64,000 nt of DNA from an uncultured Chloroflexia bacterium (GCA_963703345.1 OY969814.1:288001-352000), one strand, 5' to 3'; positions 38,121 through 48,362 are shown, counted from the stretch's first letter. Numbers and translations are program-made. Notes: generated by a model from the sequence alone, not told the origin.

Positions 38121-39809
38121 TCAGGTGGAGGGCAGGAGGTCGTGGAGGGTGAGCTGGAGGGAGCCGTCGCGGCGGTCCGACGATAGCGAGTAGACGACGT
38201 CGATGCGCTGGCCGTCCGGCACGGCCGCATTGCCGAGCCCGAAGCCGACGGCCGGCCAGGTGACGTAGCCGTCCTTCAGCTTCAGTCGCAGGTGCTTGCC
38301 GTCGCCGCCCATGACGCGGCAGTCGTGCACGGCCACGCCGCGACTCAGGAACACCGGCTCGCGGTTGTTGACGCCGTGGGGCGCCAGCTTTGCCAGCCAG
38401 CGGATCTCCTCGCGGCCCAGCTCGCGCAGCCCCACTTCGGCGTCCACTTCGATCACCGGCGCCAGGTCGACGCCGGCAAGCCGCTCCTCGGCGTGCGCGG
38501 TCAGCCGCTCCTTAATCGCGGGCAGGCGGTCGTTCTCGGCGGTGAAGCCCGCCGCCTGCGGGTGCCCGCCGAATCGCAGGAAGAGGTCGCCGCAGCCGCG
38601 TATGGCGGACGCGATGTCGAACTCGGGGATGCTGCGACTGCTGGCGCGACTCTCCGACTCGCCCCGCTGGTAGACGACGACCGGGCGGTACAGCGTCTCC
38701 GCCATCTTCGAGGCGACGAGGCCCGCCACGCCCGCCGGCACGTCGCTGTGGCCGAGCATTAGCAGCGCGGCGTCGTCTTCCCCGTCGACGAGACTCCAGG
38801 CAAGGTCCAGCGCGGTGGCTGTCTGGCGCTGTCGCTGGCGGTTGAGGGAGTCGAGCTGACGCGCCATCTCCCATGCGGCTTCGTCGTCATCGCAGAGGAG
38901 GAGTTCGAGGCTAAGGCGCGCGTGGGCGAGTCGTCCGGCGGCGTTCAGGCGCGGGCCAAGGATGAAGGAGAGCGATTCCGTGTCGATGCGCGACGGATGG
39001 ACGGACGCGACCTCCATCAGCGCCCGCAGGCCGCAGCGCTCGGTCTGCCGGACGGCGGCGAGGCCGCTTTGGGCCAGCGCGCGGTTCGCGCCCAACAGCG
39101 GCGCCATGTCGGCGATGGTGCCCAGGGCGGCGAGCTCGATGAAGCGTTGTTCCGGGAAAGGACGTCCCAGGCCGTCGAAGAGCGCCCGCAGCAGGTAATA
39201 CGCAAGGCCAGCGGAGGCCAGGTCGAAGTGCCAGTCGCGCATGGGCAGCGACTTCGGGTTGACGAGGGCTAACGCGTCGGGGAGACGGTTCGCCGGCGGA
39301 TGGTGGTCGACGATGAGCACGTCCATGCCGAGCGAGCGGGCGAACGCGACGTCTTCGACTGAGCTGGTGCCGCAGTCGACAGCGAGGAGCAGCGAGGCGC
39401 CCTGCTCGTGGAGTCGCTGGATGGCGGGCTGATTGAGGCCGTACCCTTCGGCGAAGCGGTCCGGGATGTAGGGAATGACGCTGGCGCCGAGCGCCGTCAG
39501 CCCCTCCGTCAGGAGCGCGACGGAAGTGATGCCGTCGACATCGAAGTCGCCGAAGACCGCGACGGCCTCGTTTGCGGCGGCCGCGCGCGAGAGGCGTTCG
39601 ACAGCGATGGCGGCGTCGGGAAGCGTCGCCGGATCGTACGTCGGATGGCGGCCGTCCAGGAAATCGCCTGCCTGGGTGGCGTCGGCGATGCCACGGTTCT
39701 CGAGCAGGCGCTGGATGAGCGGCGGATAGTGAGTATCGCGGAGGGCGCCGACATGGGGGCTGCGTCGGAGGCGCCAGCGGCGTCGGGCGTTGGGCACGAC
39801 CTGTACCAC
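38121..39809 (-). CDS. recJ: ssDNA exonuclease RecJ
   Basis: GDFDVDG, IP.RF.EGYG, VDCG, DHH, GTIAD, PRLNAAGRL, FGGH..AAG; start approximate. Confidence 0.95.
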   Translation of the reverse strand: MVQVVPNARRRWRLRRSPHVGALRDTHYPPLIQRLLENRGIADATQAGDFLDGRHPTYDPATLPDAAIAVERLSRAAAANEAVAVFGDFDVDGITSVALLTEGLTALGASVIPYIPDRFAEGYGLNQPAIQRLHEQGASLLLAVDCGTSSVEDVAFARSLGMDVLIVDHHPPANRLPDALALVNPKSLPMRDWHFDLASAGLAYYLLRALFDGLGRPFPEQRFIELAALGTIADMAPLLGANRALAQSGLAAVRQTERCGLRALMEVASVHPSRIDTESLSFILGPRLNAAGRLAHARLSLELLLCDDDEAAWEMARQLDSLNRQRQRQTATALDLAWSLVDGEDDAALLMLGHSDVPAGVAGLVASKMAETLYRPVVVYQRGESESRASSRSIPEFDIASAIRGCGDLFLRFGGHPQAAGFTAENDRLPAIKERLTAHAEERLAGVDLAPVIEVDAEVGLRELGREEIRWLAKLAPHGVNNREPVFLSRGVAVHDCRVMGGDGKHLRLKLKDGYVTWPAVGFGLGNAAVPDGQRIDVVYSLSSDRRDGSLQLTLHDLLPST

Positions 39810-39925
39810 GATACCTCTTTCCGGGAGATGCGTCGCTGCGCGTTGCAGGCGAGCGCGGAAGTTCGCCCTTTCGGGAGCATACAGGCGGGCGACGGTAAGG
39901 GGAAGGGCCGCGAGGCGGAGTCGTT

Positions 39926-41536
39926 CTAGATCGAGCGAAGGCGCGGAAGCGCGCCCTTCTTGTCTAGCGGCGGGCCGGCGGCGCGGGACTTGATGGCGTG
40001 GATTGTCCGCGGCAGCTCCGGCAGGAGGTCGCTTGCCTGGAGGCCGGCGTCGCCCTGGGCCTCGCGGATGTGCTCGCCGGCCAGGCCGTGCAGGTAGACG
40101 CCGCAGCTTGCCGCGGCGAAGCGTTCGAGCCCCTGCGCCAGCAGCCCGGCAATCGCACCGGAGAGGACGTCGCCGGTGCCGGCGCTGGCGAGAGCCGGGT
40201 TGGCGAACGGACTGACGGCGGCGCGGCCGTCCGGCATCGCCACGACCGTATGGGCCCCTTTCAGCACGACCGTCTGCCGCCAGGCGACGGCGCTTTGCAT
40301 GGCGGCGGCAAGGCGATCGCTCTGGATCTCGGCGACGCTCTTGCCGGTCAGGCGTCGCAGCTCGCCGGGATGCGGCGTCAGCACGAGCGGCGCGTTCATG
40401 CGGGCGGCCCAACCGGGAACGCCGCCGAGGGTGTTGAGGGCGTCGGCATCGACGACGGTGGCCGCGGGCGTTCCTTCCTTCAACTCGAACAGCAGGGAGC
40501 GCACGAACTCCAGCGTGCGGCTGCGACCGCCCAGGCCCGGGCCGATGAGCATGACGTCATAGCCTTCCAGGACGCGCAGCACGTCGGCGACGCCTCTTTC
40601 CGAGAGGCCGCCTTCCTTGTCGGGCAGCGGAAGGTAGGTCGCTTCCACTAGACCGGCGGCGACAATGGGGAGGATGGACTGCGGGCAGGCGACGGTCACG
40701 AGGCCGGCGCCGGCCCGTCCCGCTGCGGCGGCGGCCAGGCGCACGGCGCCGATGTAGTTCTCGGAGCCGGCGACAACCAGTACGCGCCCAAAGGTTGACT
40801 TATTCGAGTCGAGGGGGCGCTGCGGCAGAAGCCCGGCGACCCATTCGTCAGTCATCAACTCCACCTTGAGGCTGCTCTCCGCGGCGCCCGGCAGGCCGAT
40901 GTGGACGACTTCGACGTCGCCCGCGTACTGCGAGCCGGGAAGCGTGTGCAGGCCGATCTTGGAGTAGCCGAGCGTGACTGTGAGGTCGGCGGGAAGCGTG
41001 TGGGGGTTGACGGCGCCGGTGTCGGAGTTGACGCCGGTCGGGAGGTTGACGGCGACGAGTCGCGGCGGCTGCGGCTGGCTGCGGGCGCGACGCACTCGCT
41101 CGAGTATCTGCGCCAGGTTCGCCTCGATGGGACGCGACGGGCCGGTGCCGAGCAGAGCGTCGACGATGAGCTCGGCGTCGGAGAGGAAGCGGTCGAGGGC
41201 GGCGAATGACGGGTCGCTCTCGGCGTCGGTGATGTCGATCTCACGCTTAACGAGCTCCGGCAGGTTCGCATCGTCCGCTCGGCGCTTCGCCAAGAGGTAG
41301 ACGCGGACTTCGGCGCCCCAATCGTGGAGATGGCGCGCCGCGACCAGGCCGTCGCCGCCGTTGTTGCCGGGCCCGGCGAGGACAACGATGCGGCGTCCTT
41401 TGACCGTGCCCAGCAAGGCGCGCACCTGTTCGGCGACGCCGCGGCCGGCGTTCTCCATGAGCTTTTCGACGGGGACGCCCGCCTTCGTCGCCTGCTGGTC
41501 GAGGGTGCGGACCTGGTCGGCGGTGACGAGCTTCAT
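39926..41536 (-). CDS. nnr: Bifunctional NAD(P)HX epimerase/dehydratase
   Basis: LMENAG, GPGNNGGDG, DALLGTG, GPGLG, DADAL, TPHPGE, AGTGDVL. Confidence 0.95.
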   Translation of the reverse strand: MKLVTADQVRTLDQQATKAGVPVEKLMENAGRGVAEQVRALLGTVKGRRIVVLAGPGNNGGDGLVAARHLHDWGAEVRVYLLAKRRADDANLPELVKREIDITDAESDPSFAALDRFLSDAELIVDALLGTGPSRPIEANLAQILERVRRARSQPQPPRLVAVNLPTGVNSDTGAVNPHTLPADLTVTLGYSKIGLHTLPGSQYAGDVEVVHIGLPGAAESSLKVELMTDEWVAGLLPQRPLDSNKSTFGRVLVVAGSENYIGAVRLAAAAAGRAGAGLVTVACPQSILPIVAAGLVEATYLPLPDKEGGLSERGVADVLRVLEGYDVMLIGPGLGGRSRTLEFVRSLLFELKEGTPAATVVDADALNTLGGVPGWAARMNAPLVLTPHPGELRRLTGKSVAEIQSDRLAAAMQSAVAWRQTVVLKGAHTVVAMPDGRAAVSPFANPALASAGTGDVLSGAIAGLLAQGLERFAAASCGVYLHGLAGEHIREAQGDAGLQASDLLPELPRTIHAIKSRAAGPPLDKKGALPRLRSI

Positions 41537-41551
41537 GGCAGGATCCTTCCT

Positions 41552-41986
41552 TTAGCGCATGGTGTCGAGTCGCTGCATCAGCCCGAGGCGTTCCGCTTCG
41601 GGGTCGTCCGACGGCTGCTCCTGGAGGGCGACGACGGTGGCCATGGCGAGGTCGCGCGAGTGGCTGAGGCTGACGTCTATGCCGGTCAGGCCAAGCGCCC
41701 GCGCCCGCTCTTTGGCCCGGCCGTAGAGGAAGAGAAGCGGCTTTCCGCGTCGATTGGGAAGCACCTCGATCTCGCGCCAGGCGACGCCGCGGACGCCGGT
41801 GCCGAGCGCCTTCATCGTCGCTTCCTTGGCGGCGAAGCGGGCGGCGAGCAGGTGGGCGCGGTCGCCGCAGAGACGCAGCTCGGCGGGCGTGAAGACGCGG
41901 GAGCGGAAGCGCTCGCGATGGCGTTGGAGGACCTTGTGCACGCGGCCGATCTCGACCAGGTTGACGCCGACGGCAAGGGATGTCAT
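41552..41986 (-). CDS. acpS: Holo-ACP synthase
   Basis: FT..E, ARFAAKEA..KALGTG, GKP, SLSH; first motif GVNLVE. Confidence 0.92.
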   Translation of the reverse strand: MTSLAVGVNLVEIGRVHKVLQRHRERFRSRVFTPAELRLCGDRAHLLAARFAAKEATMKALGTGVRGVAWREIEVLPNRRGKPLLFLYGRAKERARALGLTGIDVSLSHSRDLAMATVVALQEQPSDDPEAERLGLMQRLDTMR

Positions 41987-42054
41987 AGGAAGGTCAATTG
42001 TAGCATAGGGTCTTGGGCGTCGAATAGAGGCAGGATGGCCGGGGTGCCGCTGCG

Positions 42055-43095
42055 TCAGGAGCCGTCCCAGAGGGCGGTCTGCGCCGAGGGCGGCGGGCCT
42101 TTCGGCGGCAAGCCCAGGTGCTCGTAGGCGCGACGGGTGGCGACTCGGCCGCGGGGCGTCCGCTGGAGGAAACCGACCTGCATGAGGTACGGCTCGTACA
42201 CGTCCATGATCGTGTCCGCTTCTTCGGAGATGGAGGCGGCGATCGTGTCGAGGCCGACGGGGCCGCCGTCGAACTTGTGGATTATCGTCTGCAGGACCTT
42301 GTGGTCGATGTCGTCCAGCCCCAGCTCGTCGATCTCCAGCCGCGCCAGCGCTTCAACGGCTACCTCTTCGGAAATGCGACCGTCCGCCATGACCTGGGCG
42401 TAGTCGCGCACCCGCTTCAGCAGGCGGTTGGCGACGCGCGGGGTCCCGCGAGCCCGTTGCGCCATCTGCTTCAGGCCGCCTTCGTCGACTTCGACGCCGA
42501 GGATGTGGGCGCTGCGTCGGATGATGGCGCCGATAGCCTCCGTGTCGTAGAAGTCGAGCCGGTAGACGGCGCCGAAGCGGTCGCGCAGGGGCGGGCTTAG
42601 CATGGCGTAGCGGGTGGTCGAGCCGACGAGGGTGAAGCGCGGAAGCGAGAGACGCACGCTGCGGGCGCCCGGCCCCTTGCCGAGCACGAGGTCGAGCGCG
42701 AAGTCTTCCATGGCGGGATAGAGGATCTCTTCGATGGCCCGCGCCAGGCGGTGGATTTCGTCGATGAAGAGGACGTCGTCGCGCTGGAGATTGGTCAAGA
42801 TGGCCGCCAGGTCGCCGGGGCGCTCGATAGCGGGACCGGAGGTGACGCGCACGCTCACGCCCATCTCGGCGGCGATGATATAGGAGAGGGTTGTCTTGCC
42901 CAAGCCGGGCGGGCCGTAGAGGAGGACGTGGTCCAAGGGCTCGCCGCGCATCTGGGCGGCGGCCATGGCGATGCGCAGGTTGTCTTTGACTTTATCCTGG
43001 CCTATGTAGTCGTCCAGCCGGTGCGGCCGCAGGGAGGTATCGAGGGCGAGGTCCTCTTCGCGCGGCTTGCCGGAAAGGATGCGATCGGACGTCAT
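42055..43095 (-). CDS. ruvB: Holliday junction helicase RuvB
   Basis: [37 protein letters not shown]. Confidence 0.98.
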   Translation of the reverse strand: MTSDRILSGKPREEDLALDTSLRPHRLDDYIGQDKVKDNLRIAMAAAQMRGEPLDHVLLYGPPGLGKTTLSYIIAAEMGVSVRVTSGPAIERPGDLAAILTNLQRDDVLFIDEIHRLARAIEEILYPAMEDFALDLVLGKGPGARSVRLSLPRFTLVGSTTRYAMLSPPLRDRFGAVYRLDFYDTEAIGAIIRRSAHILGVEVDEGGLKQMAQRARGTPRVANRLLKRVRDYAQVMADGRISEEVAVEALARLEIDELGLDDIDHKVLQTIIHKFDGGPVGLDTIAASISEEADTIMDVYEPYLMQVGFLQRTPRGRVATRRAYEHLGLPPKGPPPSAQTALWDGS

Positions 43096-43098
43096 ACC

Positions 43099-43383
43099 CT
43101 AGCGCTTCTCCCGTCGCAGCTCGATTGTGACGGTGCCTCGGTCCATGCAGTTGAGCTCGACGGAGTCGGGATCGCCCCAGCCCGCCGGGAAGCCGCCGCC
43201 GAACTGGAGCATGACGATGTAAGGGAAGATATCGTGATAGAGGAAGCCGCAGAGGCCGGCGGTGTTGTGGGCGCTGATCTCGAACTCGTCGCCGGCCTTG
43301 TGGCCCATGCTGCAGTTGCCTTTGACGTTGCGGATCGTGGCCCAGACGCGGTTGCCGACCTGCGCGTACTCTCGTTGCTCCAT
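43099..43383 (-). CDS. TIGR04076-like small Cys-containing protein
   Basis: VKG.C..GHK.GD.F, G.C...YH...P, C.D; GGAGG RBS. Confidence 0.8.
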   Translation of the reverse strand: MEQREYAQVGNRVWATIRNVKGNCSMGHKAGDEFEISAHNTAGLCGFLYHDIFPYIVMLQFGGGFPAGWGDPDSVELNCMDRGTVTIELRREKR

Positions 43384-43429
43384 GGTCGCCTCCTCTTGCT
43401 GCAAGCTTCGACGCGTCGAGGCGCGGGTT

Positions 43430-43464
43430 GGAACAAGCGTACTGTGGGCGACAACGGGTGTCAA
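43430..43464 (-). promoter_or_regulatory. Sigma70 promoter with LexA box over the -10 element
   Basis: Minus strand TTGACA-N17-TACGCT; GAAC-AAGC-GTAC at 43431-43442. Confidence 0.7.
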
Positions 43465-43598
43465 CGGTGGCACAGCGGGTTTCTTCTTGGCCTGAAGTCG
43501 GGAGCCGTTCGCGTGGGGCGGGCGTTCTGCCTGTCGGGGAGAGAACGGTTCTGGGTCTGAGATCGGTTGGGTTCGTTCGGCGGTTCGGAGGACATGCG

Positions 43599-43621
43599 AT
43601 TCTGAGGGATGAATCCCTCAG
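43599..43621. repeat. Family D palindrome ATTCTGAGGGATGAATCCCTCAG
   Basis: CTGAGGGAT-NN-ATCCCTCAG; copies at 48533 and 48703. Confidence 0.75.
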
Positions 43622-43752
43622 CCTCTTTGGAAGGTAACCGTCCGGCGGTTCGGCTTTCCCGAACCGCCGGCGCGCGAGGCGCCAGCCGAACGCGGCCAAC
43701 CACGCAGTCGAACGCGAAACCGTTGACCGCGTCCTATTCGTCGAATCGCAGC

Positions 43753-44268
43753 TTATATCTCGCGTGCTAGTTCCGCCAGGGAGCGGCGCGGCGTCGCTCG
43801 CGGCTTCTCCGCCGCATAGCCGATTGGCAACAGCGCCACCGGCATCCGTTCTTCGCCGACGCCAATCGCCTCCTGAACGTCCCTTCGTCGGAACGCGCCG
43901 ACCCAGCACGCCGATAGGCCGAGGTCGTGGGCGGCAAGCTGGGCGTAGGCGCAGGCAATCGTGGCGTCCTGGAGCGCGTAAAGGCTCTCGCCGCGACGAC
44001 CGTACTTCGCACTCGATCTCTCCGGCTCCGCCAGGAAGATGAGCACGACCGGCGCCTGCCCGACGAACTGCTGGTCTGCCGCCGCTTTCGCCAGCGCCTG
44101 GCGGGTCGCGAGAGTCCGCGCCACAACAATCGAATACGCCTGCAGATCGCCGGCGGAAGGCGCGCGATTGGCCGCGTGCAGTATCTTCTCCAGGTCCTCC
44201 GGCGGCACCGGGGCGTCGCCGTACACCCGGACGGAATGCCTTTCTTCAATCAGCGTCATGAACTCCAT
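43753..44268 (-). CDS. Nitroreductase family protein
   Basis: RHSVR.Y, APSAGDLQ, GL..CWVGAF, IGY. Confidence 0.93.
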   Translation of the reverse strand: MEFMTLIEERHSVRVYGDAPVPPEDLEKILHAANRAPSAGDLQAYSIVVARTLATRQALAKAAADQQFVGQAPVVLIFLAEPERSSAKYGRRGESLYALQDATIACAYAQLAAHDLGLSACWVGAFRRRDVQEAIGVGEERMPVALLPIGYAAEKPRATPRRSLAELAREI

Positions 44269-44305
44269 AATTCCCTCACGCGAAAAGAATAGTCGCCGTG
44301 GCGAC

Positions 44306-45184
44306 TCACAGTTGACCTTCCTCGCGACGCTTCGCCTCGGCGCGCAGCCGCGCCTGCTCCCGCAGGTACTTCGTGATCGGCGCCGGCTCCGACGGGTACC
44401 AGGCTTTGCTCCAGTAGTCGAAGTCCGGCCAGTCGTACGGCAGGTTGACGACCGCGTTCGGCTCTTTGATGTCGACCAGCGCCCGCAGCGAGTCGCGGAT
44501 TACGCACATCTGCTCGTCACGGTCGCCGGTGTGCCCCAGCGGATGGCCGAACGGGAACTCGACGCCGACGATCCGTGGCGTTCCGGCCGCCTGCGCCAGA
44601 TACGGGACCATCGTTACGAGGACGGTGCTTATACCCGCTGCTTCGATTGCACGCGCCAGCACGGGCGCGTTCCGGCAGCACTCCGGTCAGACCGGCGTAA
44701 GGAAAGCGCAGTTGACCTCCTCGTCTTTCATGCGCGCGGCGATCTCCGGCCCGTAGCGCTCCCGCCACTCGTCGTTCGACTCCTGGTATCCCATCACCGA
44801 ATAGCTCGTCGGCGCCAGCGAGCCGATCTCGCCCGACGCCTCCAGCTCAAGGAAACGATGGATGGGCAGCGCGACGTTGATGTCGGCCTCCAGATCGCTC
44901 GTGTTGATGTGCAGGTGGGCCACGCCGATCTGCTCCTGACGCACGTCGCGGGGGATGGCGCGATAGGTCGGGTCGCCCCAGGTCGGCTCGCGCCTCTCGC
45001 GTTCAAGGTCGAAGGGCTCCTGCCGGCCCTTGACGTAGGCGCCGGCGGTGCTCAGGAGGGAGAAGCGGCACTCTCTGAGCGGCTTTCGCAGCGGCGCCCA
45101 GGGCACGGGAGCCTTGTCGACGTGCAGGTTGCGGTAGTAGTTCGCCAGCGAAGGCGGCAGCCACTTAAAGCTATCAACGGCCAT
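44306..45184 (-). CDS. PrdB/GrdB-family (glycine/betaine/sarcosine/D-proline reductase B-like) selenoprotein; UGA 44687-44689 read as Sec
   Basis: ORFs 44687..45184 and 44306..44662 share a frame: LTPV-U-PECCRNAPVLARAIEAAGISTV (UxxC); D.N..LP..R..EL...GEIG and F.FGHPLG family motifs. Confidence 0.88.
44651..44670 (-). promoter_or_regulatory. Candidate bacterial SECIS hairpin
   Basis: ACGCGCC-CGTGCT-GGCGCGT beginning 16 nt after the in-frame UGA, with G in the apical loop. Confidence 0.6.
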
Positions 45185-45209
45185 TCTTCACCTCCTGCTG
45201 ATTGCACAG

Positions 45210-46091
45210 CTAGATGCCCAGGACCCGGCGGGCGTTCTCGCCCAGGATCAGGCGTTTCTCTTCGTCTGACAGCGGCAGCGCCTCGATGCGGTCGATATCG
45301 CGTACGGGATGGAACCAGGGCCAGTCGGAGCCGAAGAGGATGCGTTCCGCGCCGAAGCGTCGCACCAGCGCCACCGCCTCCTCGTCCGACATTTGCGGCG
45401 GTTCGATTGTGCCCTCAATGACGCTGGAGCTGTCGAAGTGCAGGTTGGGGAACTCCTCCGCCATCGCCAGCGATTCGTCAATGTAGCCGTTGCCCATGTG
45501 GGCCAGCACGAACCGCAGACGCGGATGCGCCCGCAGGATGCGCGCGAATGCCCGCGGCCGCGAGTGGTCCGACGATTCCGGGTCCATCGGGAAGAAGCCG
45601 CCGTGGGAGAGGACTGGCATCTCGAGCGATTCCGCCTCGGGGTAGAGCGGCCACAGATTGGGGTCGTCCGGGTTGAACCGCTGGGACGACGGGTGCAGCT
45701 TGATGCCGACCGCTCCCTGCTCGCGACAGCGCCTCACCTCGGCGACGACGCCGTCGGGCCCCATCGATGGGTCGACGCTGATGAACGGGACGAGCGACGG
45801 ATGGTCGCGGGCGGTCCTGCAGGTCCAATCGTTGCGGCGCTTAAGGCGTTCGATCATCTGCTGGGCCACCTCTTCGGGCGGGCCCTTGCCGGCCGCCAGC
45901 GCCGCCTCGCGCATGTCGGCGACCGGCGTCATGTTCATCATCGCCGCCTTGTCGACGCCGCCGACGGACATGAGGGCGAGGAGCTCCTGGACGGTGCCGG
46001 CGCAGCCGCTCATGGCCGTGCCGCCGGTCGCCTGGAGGCCGACGGCTGCGCTGGGATAGGTGTGGACGTGGACGTCGATGATGTTGAGCAT
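45210..46091 (-). CDS. Amidohydrolase family (Amidohydro_2) protein
   Basis: IDVHVH, GIKLHP, H.G, LAHMG, FGSDWP. Confidence 0.93.
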   Translation of the reverse strand: MLNIIDVHVHTYPSAAVGLQATGGTAMSGCAGTVQELLALMSVGGVDKAAMMNMTPVADMREAALAAGKGPPEEVAQQMIERLKRRNDWTCRTARDHPSLVPFISVDPSMGPDGVVAEVRRCREQGAVGIKLHPSSQRFNPDDPNLWPLYPEAESLEMPVLSHGGFFPMDPESSDHSRPRAFARILRAHPRLRFVLAHMGNGYIDESLAMAEEFPNLHFDSSSVIEGTIEPPQMSDEEAVALVRRFGAERILFGSDWPWFHPVRDIDRIEALPLSDEEKRLILGENARRVLGI

Positions 46092-46181
46092 ATCTGCCGC
46101 CTGTTTATCGTGTGATGGCTACGCTACGAGATGAGGATAGCGGAGCGTCGAGACTGCGACAAGAGAAGCTGTGGAAGGAGT

Positions 46182-47168
46182 CTATTTCTTCGGCAGACTG
46201 CTGAGCGCGGCGAGGAGGCCCGATGACGCCGCCTCGCGGGCTGTGCGTAGGGCGCTCTTGAAGGCGACGGCGTCGGCGCGGCCGTGGGCGACGATGACGA
46301 CGCCGTTTACCCCCAGCAGCGGGACGCCTCCGTACTCCGCGTACTCCAATCGGCGGCGCATCTCGCGCAGGGCGTCGCGCAGCACGAGGCCGGCGAGTCG
46401 ATACTGAAGCTTGCTTTCGACGACGCGACGGACGCGCGTAAAGACGAACTCCAGCAGCGCCTCGCTCGCTTTGACAATCACGTTGCCTGTGAAGCCGTCG
46501 GTCACGACGACGTTGACAACCCCCTGCGTGATGTCTTTGCCCTCGACGTTGCCGACGAAGTTGAGGGGTGCCTTCTTTAGCTTGTCGTAGACCTCCTGCA
46601 CCAGGTCGTTCCCCTTGCCTTCCTCTTCGCCGATGTTGAGCAGGCCGATGCGCGGCCGCTCCAAGCCGAAGACGCGCTCCATGTAGGCGGAGCCCATGTA
46701 GGCGAACTGGATGAGGTAGGACGGCTTGCAGACCGCGTTCGCGCCGACGTCGAGGATCAGGACGCCGCGGTCGGTTGAGGGGAATATGGCGCCGATGGCC
46801 GGTCGCTCGATGCCGGGAAGACGGCCGAGATTGAGCAGCGCCGAGGCCACGACGGCGCCGGTGTTCCCCGCCGAGACGACGGCGCCCGCCTCGCCGTCCT
46901 TCGCCAGGCGCATTGCGACGTTGATGGCGGCGTCACGCTTCTGGCGCACCGCCTGCGCCGGCGACTCGTCCATGCCGATCGCCTGGCTGGCTTCGACGAC
47001 GTGCAGTCCGGAGGGCTGCGAAGAGTAACGGGCCAGCTCATCCTCGATCAGCCGCCGCGGCCCGACGAGCGCTATCTCCAAGCCCAGGTCGCGCGCCGCT
47101 CGCACCGCGCCGGCAATCGATTCGCGGGGGGCGCGGTCGCCGCCCATAACGTCGAGGGCGATTATCAT
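46182..47168 (-). CDS. plsX: Phosphate acyltransferase PlsX
   Basis: IALD.MGGD.AP, SAGNTGA, RPA, LDVGAN, NIGEE..KG, DGFTGN, HG. Confidence 0.96.
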   Translation of the reverse strand: MIIALDVMGGDRAPRESIAGAVRAARDLGLEIALVGPRRLIEDELARYSSQPSGLHVVEASQAIGMDESPAQAVRQKRDAAINVAMRLAKDGEAGAVVSAGNTGAVVASALLNLGRLPGIERPAIGAIFPSTDRGVLILDVGANAVCKPSYLIQFAYMGSAYMERVFGLERPRIGLLNIGEEEGKGNDLVQEVYDKLKKAPLNFVGNVEGKDITQGVVNVVVTDGFTGNVIVKASEALLEFVFTRVRRVVESKLQYRLAGLVLRDALREMRRRLEYAEYGGVPLLGVNGVVIVAHGRADAVAFKSALRTAREAASSGLLAALSSLPKK

Positions 47169-47171
47169 GGC

Positions 47172-48362
47172 TTACGACTCTCCTTCGGGCGGCCCGGAGC
47201 GGAACTCCTCCCACATGCGTTGTCGCAGGTCGCCGTCAACGAGAACGTCGACGGCGGTGGTGGCCAGCGCCTTCGCGGCGTCGAGCAGGGCGCGGTTGCC
47301 GGCCTCCGAAGCGGCGAGGCGGGCGAAATCGGCGGTGTGGATGTTCACGTCGCGGGCCAGCGCAATCGACGGGTGGATCGTCGGCAGAAGGACGCTGACG
47401 TTGCCGACGTCGGTGCTGCCCAGGGCGCGAGGTCGCGGCGGCTCCGTCGTCTTGCGTCCAAGAGAAGTCATGTTTCGTCGAAAGGCAGCGGCAAGCGCGC
47501 GGTTGGCCCGCAGTGGCGCGTACTGCACGTCATCCCAGCGGCACTCCAGGCGCGCGCCGGTGGCCGTGGCACCGGCCTCGAAGCAGGCAACGACGCGGCG
47601 CTTGAGGTCCTCCAGGTACGCCTCATCCTCGGCGCGCATGAGGAAGACGGCCTCAGAGTGGTTCGGAACGACGTTCGGCATCTGGCCGCCGTCGCTGATG
47701 ATGCCGTGGACGCGGGCGGTCTCGCGGATGTGCTGGCGCAGCGCGGCGACGGCGTTGTAGCCGAAGACGAGGGCGTCGAGGGCGTTTATGCCGGCTTCGG
47801 GACGGCTAGCAGCGTGCGCCTCTTTGCCGAAGTACTCCACCGTCAGGGTCGCGCAGGCAAGCGCGGCCGTCAGGGCGGCGTTGCGCGAGCCGGGATGGAC
47901 GAGCATAGCGGCGTCGAGGCCGTCGAAGGCGCCGCGCTCCGCCATTATCGCCTTGCCGCCGTAGACCTCCTCCGCCGGCGTGCCGATGGCAGCGATGCCC
48001 CCGCCGGTCTCCGCCAGGACGCTCTTCACCGCGACGGCCGCGCCGGTCGAGGCAGCGGCTATCAGGTTGTGGCCGCAGGCGTGGCCCAGGCCGGCGAGGG
48101 CGTCGTACTCGGCGAGGAAGGCGACGCGCGGTCGCTCTTCGCCGCAGGCGGCGCGAAAGGCGGTCGCGAGGTCGCAGAACGGTTGCTCGACGGAGAAGCC
48201 GCGGTCCTGGAGATAAGCGCAGAGCCAGCGACAGGCGCTTGTCTCCTGGAAGCCGGTCTCCGGGTTATCGTGGATGCGGAGGCTGAGGTCGATGAGGGCG
48301 TCTCGCTGCGCTTCGACCTCTTCGATGACGCGGGCCTTCAGTTGTTCGGCGTCGGGCGGCAA
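47172..48362 (-). CDS. M20 family metallopeptidase/amidohydrolase
   Basis: H..PE..FQE, AEYDAL.G.GHACGHN, TPAEE, GSTD.GNVS; TTG start inferred. Confidence 0.92.
   Translation of the reverse strand: MPPDAEQLKARVIEEVEAQRDALIDLSLRIHDNPETGFQETSACRWLCAYLQDRGFSVEQPFCDLATAFRAACGEERPRVAFLAEYDALAGLGHACGHNLIAAASTGAAVAVKSVLAETGGGIAAIGTPAEEVYGGKAIMAERGAFDGLDAAMLVHPGSRNAALTAALACATLTVEYFGKEAHAASRPEAGINALDALVFGYNAVAALRQHIRETARVHGIISDGGQMPNVVPNHSEAVFLMRAEDEAYLEDLKRRVVACFEAGATATGARLECRWDDVQYAPLRANRALAAAFRRNMTSLGRKTTEPPRPRALGSTDVGNVSVLLPTIHPSIALARDVNIHTADFARLAASEAGNRALLDAAKALATTAVDVLVDGDLRQRMWEEFRSGPPEGES

Noticed and set aside
38121-40412. Long N-terminal extensions on RecJ, M20 peptidase, methyltransferase, YyaL, DAGK and the ABC ATPase in the ORF track
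   Set aside because: Low-complexity read-through of upstream genes or spacers; family homology starts at downstream start codons.
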